A stretch of DNA of 64,000 nucleotides from Chiloscyllium plagiosum (taxonomy: Eukaryota). The notes under the pieces were generated by a model. The model did not search any database. It was not told the DNA's origin and saw only the letters and a list, made by a program, of their open reading frames with translations. The DNA lies in assembly GCF_004010195.1 (NCBI RefSeq), contig NC_057719.1:88129352-88193351 (forward strand). The letters run 5' to 3'. Within the stretch, counting starts at the first letter, position 1; every line of letters starts with the position of its first letter. Below, piece by piece: positions 13,170-27,422 of this stretch. Position numbers and translations under genes: made by a program.

Positions 13170-13883
13170 ATTCAGAGATGATGACAGGGTGTGGGGATCT
13201 GGGAGAAACAAGACTGTCAATGGACTAAACAAGTGCTGATAGGGGTTCGTGAGCTATTGGAATCAGGTTTGGAGTCATTTCAAATATCCCCTAACCACTC
13301 AAGTCAGTAAGTCACCAGATTATCATTTTGGACTTGGGGGTGGTTTAGAGATCAGGTACCACACTGAAATAAAATTCAGGCTTGGAGTGAAGGGCATCGA
13401 GTTAAAAACTTAGGTCTTGATTGGTTGATGGTGTTGGTGTGGGAACAAGCCATCAGTGTAATGGTAGTTAGCACAGTGCAAAGAAGCAGGTGAGTGCATT
13501 GAGAAACTGACTCTCGCTCTCTGTTCCAGCTCCCCGTCTTCCTTCGACAGAGATCAACTTTGAAGATAAGGAATGCGAGGCTGAAATTGAGGTAGCTGAC
13601 CATTACACTGGGAGTGTTCATAAGCTGTGATTGAACACCTAACTCTTCCACCCTCTTAATCCCTTTTACACCTCCCCCAAGAAGGCAGACATGTCAGTCC
13701 GTGACTTCTATCTTCCTGTCCCTGATCCTCTGACTTCAGTTCAATTCAACCCAGATTGGGAACAGAGTTCCAGCCAGCTTCATAGTCAGGCGGCTGCTCT
13801 CTAGGGGGGGGGGGGGAGAATTTTGTTTTCTTTAATTCCCCCCGTCCCTGCTGTTGTGAACTTTGCTTATCTTTTTGTTGCAG

Positions 13884-14140
13884 TCGGTTCTGGACAGCTC
13901 CACTCCAGCAGCCTTACAGCTGACAAAGGAAAACCAGTTGGTCAGGTGCCAGAGGAATGGGGAGTGGCAAACACTCACTGAGGAGGAACTGCACTATTCC
14001 AGAGCGCTGAGGGAGGGCAAGCTATAGGAGCCTGTCAGCCATAAAATGGGCAACAGCCAATTAGGAAAAACAAAGCATCGATGAGTCACCTTGCACTTGG
14101 AGAAAGTTAAATTTAATAAATAAACCAGAAATAATAGCTG
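13884..14140 (+). other. Possible terminal exon of the HEATR4-like transcript
   Basis: Strong acceptor ctttgcttatctttttgttgcag ending at 13883; short open frames follow; AATAAA at 14115-14120. Coding status unresolved. Confidence 0.35.
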
Positions 14141-14430
14141 AAATAATGTATGTAGGAATAATTTGCTTTTACAAACAGATCCTTCAAATCTTTATAAAGT
14201 TTAATGGAGCATACACTTCATCAGTGGATCAATAACCAGGGTTAATCACTTCAAATAATCAACAAGCAAATTAGGATGTTCTTTATGGTGTTGTGAAGGC
14301 TGATGGAATCGGATTAATAAAGGTGGGTGAGGCAAAAGTTGGGGAGTGGTACTAAAATGAACAGCTCCATGAACTGGTACTTGCAGTGCACTGAATAGTC
14401 TCTTACATTTTAACAACGGATAGTTGTGTT

Positions 14431-14740
14431 CATAGAATCCTTACAGCATGGAAACATGCCATTTGGCCCAACAAGTCCACACTGACCCTCTAAACAGTAT
14501 CCTACCCAGACTCATTTCCCTACACTATTAGTCTACATTTACCCATCGCTAATGCATCTAACCTACACATCCATAAACACAAGGTGAATTGACCATGCTA
14601 ACATCACCCATAACTTGCACATCTGTGGGAGCAAACCCATGGGGAGAATTTGCAAAATCCACACAGACAGTCGCCAGAGGGTGGAATTGAACCCAGGTTC
14701 TTATTCTCACGAGGCAGCTGTGCTAACCACTAAGTCACCT
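14431..14740 (-). mobile_element. Older HE1/V-SINE-type SINE
   Basis: Diverged match to the 5431-5749 element. Confidence 0.75.
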
Positions 14741-16779
14741 CTACTACTGGTTCTTCCAATCAATAGTAGTTAATCAATTAGTTAAGACTTGCCTATCAAT
14801 GGAAATATCTCTAGAAACTGTGTTTCACACCCCTACTATTCTGTCTGCAACTGTGGTAGACTTGACCATTTAAATGCCCTTAAAGTTGGCATCAGATAGG
14901 CAAATGGACGAGAATGGAATTTTGTGGGTTAGATGGGCCTTAGATTGGTTTCACAGGTCAGCGCAATATCGAGAGCCGAAGGGCCTGTACTGTGCTGTAA
15001 TGTTCTAAACAGTCTCCTCTTCGTCGTCGTTCTAGTGGAACGATTTTCCATCTGGTATATATGGGAGGAATTACTCCCTTTTTTAAAAATTCATCATTCA
15101 GTGATACAGAACTTGGGTATTACTTAAAAGCTTGGACAAATGTAGGTTGCTTTTCTTTTTACACTCTTCAGGATTAGATTAGATTATTTACAAGAATGCT
15201 AATTCGAGGAGAAAACCAACATTTATATTGTAAGACAGGACAGTGATTTGGCAGGTAGTGGTATTGCCATGGAGAATACATCCATTAATGCTGATGACAG
15301 TTAGCAGCATGGATTTGTTACTCTTAGTCCATTTTGTTAAATTCAAACAGGTACAGTACATTGTCTGTAAAGCACAACACCCTGCATATTGATATGTAGC
15401 TTCCAGTACACATTGTCAGTGAGGCATACTCTAACTGTGCTAAAATCGGCTGTCAGCATAATTCCTTGCAGATTCAGGATTATCCAGTCTTTATGCAAAG
15501 GGACTCATACTGTGAATTACTTGGTGCAGAAACAACGGTTCAGTTGTGACATGTTTTGGGTAATTGTTCTTCTGTATAAAAAGTGTCAAGTTATTTAAAA
15601 CATTTGTACCAATTTAAAAACTGTAATGTCAAGGAAATGTTTTGTTTTCTGACTTTCAGCTTAATGGACTGGTAACTATTTAAGATAATGATGGATTAAT
15701 TTAATATTGCAATGGGGCAAGCACCCCACACAGACAGAATCGATGTTACTGTCTAAGTGGATGACCTCAAAGGAATTGGCAATAATGAAAAGAAATCCTT
15801 AAATCCAACCTCAAGGAACCTTTGATCAAACGAAAATGACATCATTATCTCAGTTTTGTATTTTGCAGAAGAGGTAAATCTTAATGTTCCAATTCATCCA
15901 GAGACGTTCAGAGAAGAGCTATTAAACAAGCTCCAAGTTTCAAAAGCACTTTAACTAGAAAAAGGCAGAGTTCAGTCCTTTTCATTGAATCACGAGACAA
16001 CAGCAGATATAATTTGTATTAGATTAATTACAGAGTAGTGGGGGAAATGTGTGCATAGGCATAAATTAGTTTAGGTTTCAGGATTTTGTTTTCCCCTTCT
16101 TTCAGAACATGGTCCATAAATTAGAAACCCTAGCTCCTGCCTTGGTTACAAACGTATCTCAATCAAATACAACAAAGTGACTTTACAAAGGTGGTGGTCA
16201 GCCTCTCTAACTGGAGTGTAAATTGCCAAATTAGATGATAATGGTTTCCCAGCAAACTCCAAAAAGCTGCTAATAAAGTGGGAGGGAGACGTGAAATGTA
16301 ATCCAATCTGTGATGGGTCCAAACCAGTTTTAATCTTAGAGAATAGGCCGGAAGTAAAGCAGACCTTCTTCACAGTAGTCAAGAGGAATGCATTGCCTGA
16401 GAGGATGAAGCAGGCAAATTCAATTACAACATTCAAACGCGAATTAGACTATTATCTGAAAAGAAAAAGTGCAAGGTTACAGCAGAATGACAAAAATAAA
16501 TTGCTCATAAAAGAGCCAGTAAAGAACAATTCTGTGATCTGTGTAGTCTTTGTGAAGCTCCAAATATTGTGTACCTCCCCATTACAGGTGTTTATCTGTT
16601 GTGTAGCTCATGTATGAAACAGTCTGCAGGTGGTAGGCCAGTTGAATGGGACAGGTTAAGTTCAACTGATAAGCTATTCCAGTCCATTTTGAACATTAAA
16701 AACCAAGGGATAGATCAGAAACATCTGATTCAGAAATACATCCTGAGTGACATTTATTCAGATTCTTGGAATAGTTTCC

Positions 16780-18174
16780 AAATCAATGTAAAATCATTTA
16801 TTGTAAACATTCATTCCGACCACACACTGACAATTCACAGTCTTACCTATGACGCAGTCTCACAATCATATACAATATGCAGCTACATGATACATGGTGT
16901 ACATAATATGTAGCCTCATGGCCACTTGTGATACATTTAAGGGGCCATGTACAATACATAAAGTCATGGCCATATTACTTGTAGGCGCACAAAGCAGGTA
17001 CAAAACGCAGCCTCTTTGCTTTGTCCCTTGTGTTGCAAAAGCACTCAGCCTTGGTGCCATATGTTATACACTCTGTAAAAAGGGTGCACAATTCACAACC
17101 TCATAGTACAGTTTCATTTGGCCAACCTATCCTTCAAAGAATCTTTTCTTGATACCTCATCCAATTACCGACCTTAGTATATTTTAGCTTAAAATCTTGA
17201 AGAAAATAAAGCTTTACTTAAAAAATTCAATGAAATGGTCATGGTCAGGCTGCAATGTAGCTCAAGGCCTGACTGTGACCCCATGCTCACATCAAACGAT
17301 AATCGCATTGAACCAAAGAATAAATAAACCGCAGTGATTTGCAGTATACACACACAGCATGAACAAAAAAAACCCACCAGATCATGTCTCTACTCCAGCC
17401 ATGGTTTTCACCATCAGGACTGGACTTGAATCGAATTGAGACTTCCCCCTCAGAATACGGCCTGAGCATCAACATCTACATCCATTCCACAATCCCTAAC
17501 ACGTACAAAACACACTCAAATTCCATCCCATATATTTAAAAAAAAACCTCAGTCCTGATTCAGAAACCATATTTTCTTAATGTAATTCTCTATCAATTTA
17601 ATAGGCATAAAATTAATAAACAATAAGAAATGCAAAATGACAGACCAGATCTTGGCTGCAGGAATCAGCAAGGATTCCACACGGCAGCTCTTGAACGGTG
17701 GGAAACTGCCAAACAAATGTGTACTTGAGTTACAAAATCCATAGTATCACACTTGGTCACATGCACTCGCGCAGACCCAGACTCTCAAATACACACACAC
17801 ACACACAAATCAACTCATGCACACAGACTGAGACACACCTGCATGCAGTCCAAGACACGTGCAAGTACACACTGCACAAACTTGCGCAGCAGCCATTGTT
17901 GATTGGTATTCCCACGACTTTGCTCATTTCATGCCTTTAAAGTCCCATTCTGTCAACTTTCACCCTTCAGGCAACACAGCCTGTGTTGCGTACAGATCTG
18001 AGACACCTGCAGCTGGTAGGTTTAGTCCAGATGTGAAGCCATCGAGACTCCTCCAAGATCTGCAGCACGTTTTAAATATTATCACCTTGGAATGATGGAA
18101 ACGTATTGTGTAAAGACGATTTATTTTATAAAGACTTCTAAACTGCTTCCCAATTTGGGAGGTCAAATATCTTC
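16780..18174 (-). other. ZNF106: Probable ZNF106 3' UTR
   Basis: Repeat-poor sequence after the stop. AATAAA on the - strand at 18120-18125, 16797-16802 and 16753-16758; the true end is not determinable. Confidence 0.55.
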
Positions 18175-18231
18175 TCATGGGTCCACCTGGCCATTCTCCT
18201 CAGCATGCTCACAAAGGTGCTTGGGAACATC
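18175..18231 (-). CDS. ZNF106: ZNF106 last coding exon (DVPKHLCEHAEENGQVDP*)
   Basis: Acceptor gttttgcag. Supplies the HxxxH of the final zinc finger (human DAAGHIERHAEDDSKIDS). TGA at 18177-18175. Confidence 0.9.
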   Translation of the reverse strand, partial: DVPKHLCEHAEENGQVDP

Positions 18232-18573
18232 CTGCAAAACCAATTAACAAGGTTTCAGAATACCATGGGCAGACAGACAGACAAGGACTTGTTTCACACC
18301 CACATCGTCCTGATAAGCAAAAGCTCCAGCTCGGACAGATAACCTATATATTTGAATCTCACAAACCTCTTAGTTAGATTCCCGTCTGTAAATCATTCAC
18401 AAGAATCCCAAAACACCCCCTGATCAGATTTAAGCTTGATCCAAGTATTTGATATGTACACACAATGCATCTGGAGTGTACAGCAGTCTGTAACTCATCC
18501 ATCAGGTACTTCTGTGGAACCACACAAACTTGTAGAGATTCCTGCCTTTGAGCTTACTTCCGTTGTCCTATAC

Positions 18574-18810
18574 CAAAAACAGAAGCTGCTTGAAAAGCTC
18601 AGCAGGTCTGGCAGCATCTATGAAGAGAAATCAGAGTTAGCGTTTTGGGTCGGGTGGCCCTTCCACAGACACTTCAAGTTCTCCAGCAGATCATTGGATC
18701 CAAAACGTTAACTCTGATCTTTCCTCACAGATGCTGCTAGATCTGCTGAGCTTTTCCAGCAGCTTCTGTTTTTGTTTCTGATTTACAGCATCCACAGTTC
18801 TTTCAGTTTT
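18574..18810. mobile_element. Hairpin element of a related family (cagatgctgccagacctgctgag arms)
   Basis: Imperfect inverted arms around a decayed central core. Relatives at ~11955-12130, 50860-51090 and 54973-55140. Confidence 0.7.
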
Positions 18811-19003
18811 TACCCATTAGTCTATATATTATTTCAATTCTATACATTTGACGATCTATAGAACATACACACTGCAGTACATTAAAAACTCATTATAAAC
18901 CCTGAATAGATTCCCACCTATAACTCAGTTCCCCTGCCTCAGGTACAGAATGCTGACTGGACTTGCCCTTCAGTAATTTTTCAAGTGACCTTGTTCTTTC
19001 CTA

Positions 19004-19282
<279 letters not shown>

Positions 19283-21145
19283 TCACAAAATGATTACAGC
19301 ATAAGCAGCTCTTCAGTCCATTCTGCGTGTACTGGCACTCTGGAACAAATCACCCAGCATTAGTCTCTCATTACTCCTTGTAACCCTTTCTTTTCATTTA
19401 AAATCCTACTTCTGTTTTGAACTCTTCAATTGACCTTGCCTCCTCACTTCCCAGTAACCTGTAGTATTGTCCCAGAGTCGAACCATCCACCGTGTGAGAA
19501 AACATTCATGTAGCTGTTACTTCTTTTGCCAATTAGCTGAAATTTGTGTCCTCTTGTTCGTGATTCCTTTAACGGGGAATGTATTGTTCTAATTACCCCA
19601 GACCCTCATGATTTTAAATATCTCTATCAAATCTCCTCTAAGCCTTCTCCAAAAGTAACAGCCCCAATTTCTTCAACCTATCCATTCACCCCAGGACCAT
19701 TCTCATAACCCTTTCTGCATATACTCTCTAGTGGCTTCACACCCTTCTGAAGTGTACAGCCCAGAAGTGGATGCAAAACCCCGTTCTCCAAACAAAACCA
19801 GTGTTGTACACAAGTTTAATGGCACCTTCTTGCTCTTGTTCTCTATGCTCATATTAATAATGGCCAGCACACTGTACGTTCTGGAAACTGCTCTCTCAAA
19901 CTGTCTAACCATTTTCAATGAGTTATGCACATATACACATATGCTCCAGCATTTAAAATAAAAATGCTGTATACTTCATCTGCCATTTGTCTGCCCAGTT
20001 CACCAAGTTGTCTGTCCTTCAGATGTTCAACACCATCCTCCTCACAGCTCATAACACTTCCAGATTTTTGTATCATCTGCACATTTTGAATTCAGCAACA
20101 GCAAAGGTCCTAAACCCCTGGGCAACTCTGTTAAATATCGTCCTTCAATCTGAAAAACTTCCATGAATCAAAACTCTTGTTTGCTGTCAATGGAGACAAC
20201 TCCGCATCCAAAACAAAACAGAATGCTGGTGCAGCATGTCTGGCAGTATCTGTGGAGAGAGAAACAAGTTAAAGTTTCGAGTCCAGAATTGAAAGGAGCT
20301 GGAAAACACTGCTTGTGTTGTTGACCGAGGGGGAAGAGTAATGTCTAGAAATAGATTGTGGGGGTGCTCACAGCAAAAGACAAAGGCAGTGATAGAGGTG
20401 GTAAAGGAGTGATAGAGATGAAAAATAGGTATTAGAAAATAGAAATATTAGCTGTGAAAAGTAGAACAAGCCAAATAAGACACAAACAAAGACCAACACC
20501 AACAGAAAATGGGTGATGTAAGAGCAACAGAGGACTGTAATACTCTGACTGTGGACTCAATAGAGGCTGAAAAGTAGAAAATAGGTGTTGTTCCTCCAAT
20601 GAGGTTCACTGGAATATTTCTGCACACCAAGGACAAAGTGTTATCACAGAAACAAGGTGGTTTATTGAAACTGGAAAGTTGGGGTCACTGACACGTGGAG
20701 TGGAGATATTCAGTAAAGTGGTCACCCAGTCTACATTTAGTCTCACCAATGTAAAGGAGACCACATTGTGAGCAGGGAATGTAAAGAAGTGAGCTACACA
20801 GATAGTGGATGCATTGGATGTAATTTTCCAAAAATTCTTGGATTTTGGAGAAGTACTTGAGGATTGGAAAACTAGCAATGTGATGTATCTATTCATAAAT
20901 GGATTGAGGCAAAGTGCAGGTAACTTTAAGCAGAAGCACTGGAATCAATTATTAAAGTTGTAATAGCTGATTTGGAAAATAATAATCTAATCAAGAAAAA
21001 TCAGCTTGGCTTCATGAAAGGGAAATACAGTGAGAACATGGTATAGAGGAGTCAGGGAAACAGCAGATACAGCGTGAGCTGGGCACAGTAGGGTTAAGGA
21101 GACAGGCTAAAATACAGTATGAGTTGAGTACAACAGTCAGATTTA

Positions 21146-21283
<138 letters not shown>

Positions 21284-21697
21284 CTATGGGTAAAAATAAA
21301 ATTGCTGATCAAAACATAGAGGGCCGAAAGGCCTGTGTTGCGCTGTAGTGTTTGAAAAAAGTCTCAAAAAAAAACTTGAGTTTCATAACTGCCCTTGAAC
21401 TGAGCAGCTTGCTAGGCCATTTCAGAGGGAAGTTGTGAATCAACCACATTAGCTAACTCCAGATGCAAAGCAAAGATTAGACTGGTGAAGGAGGGCAGAT
21501 TTTCTTCCTTTGAGAACGGGAAGAAACTGGATCGGTTTTTATGATAATTTGGGAATTTAATTGTCATCACTGAGCTTTCCATTTTATTGTATTTAAGCTC
21601 CCCCGCCTCAGCTGCCCTGGTGGGATCTAAACACTTGTTCTCTCTACATCATTATCCTAGACCTCTGATTCACTGGATTTGTAATTTGGATTTGTCA

Positions 21698-21919
<222 letters not shown>

Positions 21920-24339
21920 CTAGATACCAAAAGATAAGGAGAATAACATTCTGTTAGACAATCATTCTACATGTTGTTCTGCTTAACTTTAAGTTAGGTA
22001 AATATAGCCCTGTTAACAGGTTAGGTAAATATAGCCCTGTTAACACAGGTAAAACAGTTTCAAGGATCTTCACAGGAACACTATCAAAGAGATGTGGACA
22101 CAGAGCTACACGAGGATCCAAAAGGAGAGCAGGGGAGGGGAGTGAATGGATTGGAACGCTGAGGTTCTTGGGAGCTCAAAGTATAATGACAGGATGATTA
22201 AAATCTGTCTGACGGGGATAGAATTAGAGGATTATGGGCATCTCAAAGTTTTGCAGGCTGGAAGAAACTAAAGAGATAGGGACGAACACAAACACTTGAA
22301 TTTTAACGTCCTCAAGTATTTTAGAAACAAATACAACATGACATATAGATTTCACCAGTTGGTCTCATTCATGTCACACTTGTTTGTATGAGATTGTGCA
22401 GTAGATAAGTCAAATGTAAGATCATGTCACCAGAAATAAAATACAAGGTAATCATGGGCAGAACCTACAGAGTGTGGTTAGTACAGGTGACTGTCCTGAA
22501 ACCACCAGTATTGTACTGCGGTTTTACACAGCAACAAACTGTAGCCAGCCTCTCAGTTACATTACCACCAGCACATCAGAATGCTATGAACCCTTCTTTT
22601 GGGTTATAGCAATTCTGATGGTGTATCTTTTCCCAGTTCCTGTTTAACTAAGCAAGCAATAATTTCCAGTCTCACAAACTGGTCCTCTGATACAAATCCT
22701 TGGCTCTTTTGTATGCCTGAACTGTCCACACTAATTTCAGCGTTCAGAACCTTTTAGCTGGGATCACACAGCATTTCTCCTGAAGCTTCTGAAATTCTGA
22801 TTTTCTTCTTATTTTCAAACAATAAACTGACTTCTCTACAGAGCTTGGTAAACACTAGGAGTTTGAAAACAGTGGCCTCTGCAGCATGGCTGGTGCTGCG
22901 TGAAAAGGGTAAGAGCTCATGCTGTTGAGAGTGTTAAACCAGCTAACCAACAGGAAACAAAGTCTGGATAAATGGGTCAGATTGGAAAAGTAACTGGTGG
23001 ACTGCCAAAATCACTGTTGAGGGCTCAGCTACTTGAATCTATATAATTGACTTGGATTGACCGTATTTTAGACAAATTTGCTTAAAAACAGGTTCGAAAG
23101 CAAGTTGTGAGGAGCATACATAAGGCATATAAATAGGTTAAGTAAATGGGAAATATATGACAGATGGTGCATAATGTGAACTTTGGCAGGAAAAATTAAA
23201 AGCAGAATATTATTTTAATGAAGAGACCTCACAGAATGATACAATTCAGAGGGATCTGGGTAGCTTTATGTGTGAAACACAGTCACCAAGCAATTCGGAA
23301 GGCAAATTTGCAGGACTCAAGAAGTCTCACTACAATTATACGTGATTTTGGCACCTGGAACATGATGTGCAAAGGTTTCTGGGCTTTGAGAGTGGTCTCT
23401 GAGATGACAGGCAAAGTAAACGGGGTCTGTATCCTTTAGAGTTTAGGATGGGGGGAGAACTCATTGAAACACATGAAGTTTGTTTTGGCTCATTGGGGAA
23501 TCTAACACACAGTAGAGTTTCATGATAAGCATCAGATCATTTCAGACTGAGACAAGGAGAAATTATTTCACCTAATTGGTTGTGAATCCTCAGAACTGAG
23601 GGCTTTGGGTGTTGAGTATCTTCAAGGTTGGCTTAGACAGATTTTGGTGTTTCAGTTAAACACCTGATATAGGGAGCAGGCAGAAAGGAGGAGTTGACAT
23701 CCAAGAGCAGATATCATTTTACTGAAGAGCAAAGTAGGCTAGCCCAGGGCAAATGGTCTACTCCTGTTCCCATTAATGGTATTATTGGAAGTCTTGTTGC
23801 AATTGCTGAGGCCAAAAGTATGTGTACAGTTTGGTGGCTGACTTAAGGAAGGACAGTTTTGCAGAGGAAATCAGAGATTGCCTTGTGAGATACGGTTGTT
23901 GGTGTTTGGAAAAATGAGGAGTGATCTTACTGGGACCCAAGGTACCCAGATGGGATCTTTTTAAATGTTCTTAAACCCAAATACAAACTCCACAGACATT
24001 TTAAAGATACAAGATTTTCTTCACATGCAGCTTCCAAGTCAAAGGTGACAGACCTTTGCTCCGACCAGGACTGTACACTAATGTCAATACAGTGGTAGAA
24101 CTACATCCACCAAAACTCTTAATCAGTCTTAAACAGTGACAGACCTGTGTATATTACGAATGTCATGTTCGCCTGCATCGACCAGTACTGTAACTGTACA
24201 GAAATAGACATATTCAGCATCTCTGAACCCAGCCAATCAATGACAGACCGGAACAACCAGCATTGCATGTATTATATAGTGACAGACCCAAATTCACCTG
24301 TACTGCGGCTCCTGGCTTTAGGCTTGAATGAAGCATGGA

Positions 24340-25310
24340 CAAAAACAGCTGAATTTCAGAGTTAAGGTGAGATGCCCTTGGCATCAAGGAGCCTGAGCAA
24401 AACTCACCACTGGTTGGTGTCATAGCTAGCAAATAGGAAGATGATTGGGGTTGTTGGAGCTCTGTCATCTCAGCTCCAGGACATCTTTGCAGAAGTTGCA
24501 GTTTCAATACGGTTGAAGTGGGGATGTTCACTGATGATCGTAAACGTTATCACCACTCACAACTACTCAAGACAGTGAAGCAGTTCTCGTTCAAATGCAG
24601 CAATATCTCAACAATATGCAGATTTGGGCTGACAAGTGGCAAGAAACATTCATGCCAAATAACCATCATCCCATGACATTCAATAGCATTACCATCACTG
24701 AACTCCCTATTATCAAATTTCTGAGGGTTACTATCGACCAGAACCTAAACTAGCCATATAAACAAAGTGGCTACAATAGCAGGTCAGAGGCTAGGAATAT
24801 TGTGGCAAGAAACTCACCTCCTGACTCCCTAAAACCTAAGTCAGACAAGGCACAAGTCAGGAGTGTGATGAAATATCCTCCACTTGACTAGATGGGTACT
24901 GTTGGGGCTTGTCACCATCCAGGACGATGCAGCTCACTTGATTGGCACCACATCCACCAACAACCACTCCCTCCATACTGCTGCTACTAAGTGTTGGTGG
25001 TGTACTATCTGCAATGAAGAAATTCAACAGAGGTTCTTAGACAGAGCCTCCTAAAACCACAATCACTTCCATCTAGAAGGACAGGGCAACAGATACATGG
25101 GAACTCCACCAGCTGCAGGTTCCCCTCCAAATTACTCACCACCCTGACCAGGGAAATATATCACCACTGTCACTGGGTCAAAACTCTCAAACACCCTAAA
25201 TAGCACAATGGATAACTCTGCAGCAGATTGACTGGAGTGACTGTATAAAGTGACTTTGTGCCACCTTCTGAATGACTATTAGCAAAGGCAATAAATTATG
25301 TCCAGCAATG
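24340..25310 (+). mobile_element. Old non-LTR retrotransposon RT/3' fragment, a family distinct from the young CR1s
   Basis: Degenerate aaggcacaagtcaggagtgtgatg (KAQVRSVM) motif; homologous to 57020-57940 (-). Confidence 0.65.
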
Positions 25311-25339
25311 ACCCACAACTTGGGAAAGAATAAAAACAG

Positions 25340-27206
<1,867 letters not shown>

Positions 27207-27422
27207 CTACTCACTGACTGCTATATTTACATGGGACTTGCTGTCTCTCCCTGACAGATCTACAGATTTCAAACAATTCAGCCTAATAGGAATTCTTCAC
27301 AGACATGTCAGGATAACCTGGTGTTGACAGGATATTGGATTTCAGTGCAGATCAAGCAATTTGCACACAGATTATGTCACGATACCAGCTGTGACTCTGG
27401 GGGCAACCTCTTGCTTCTAAGT

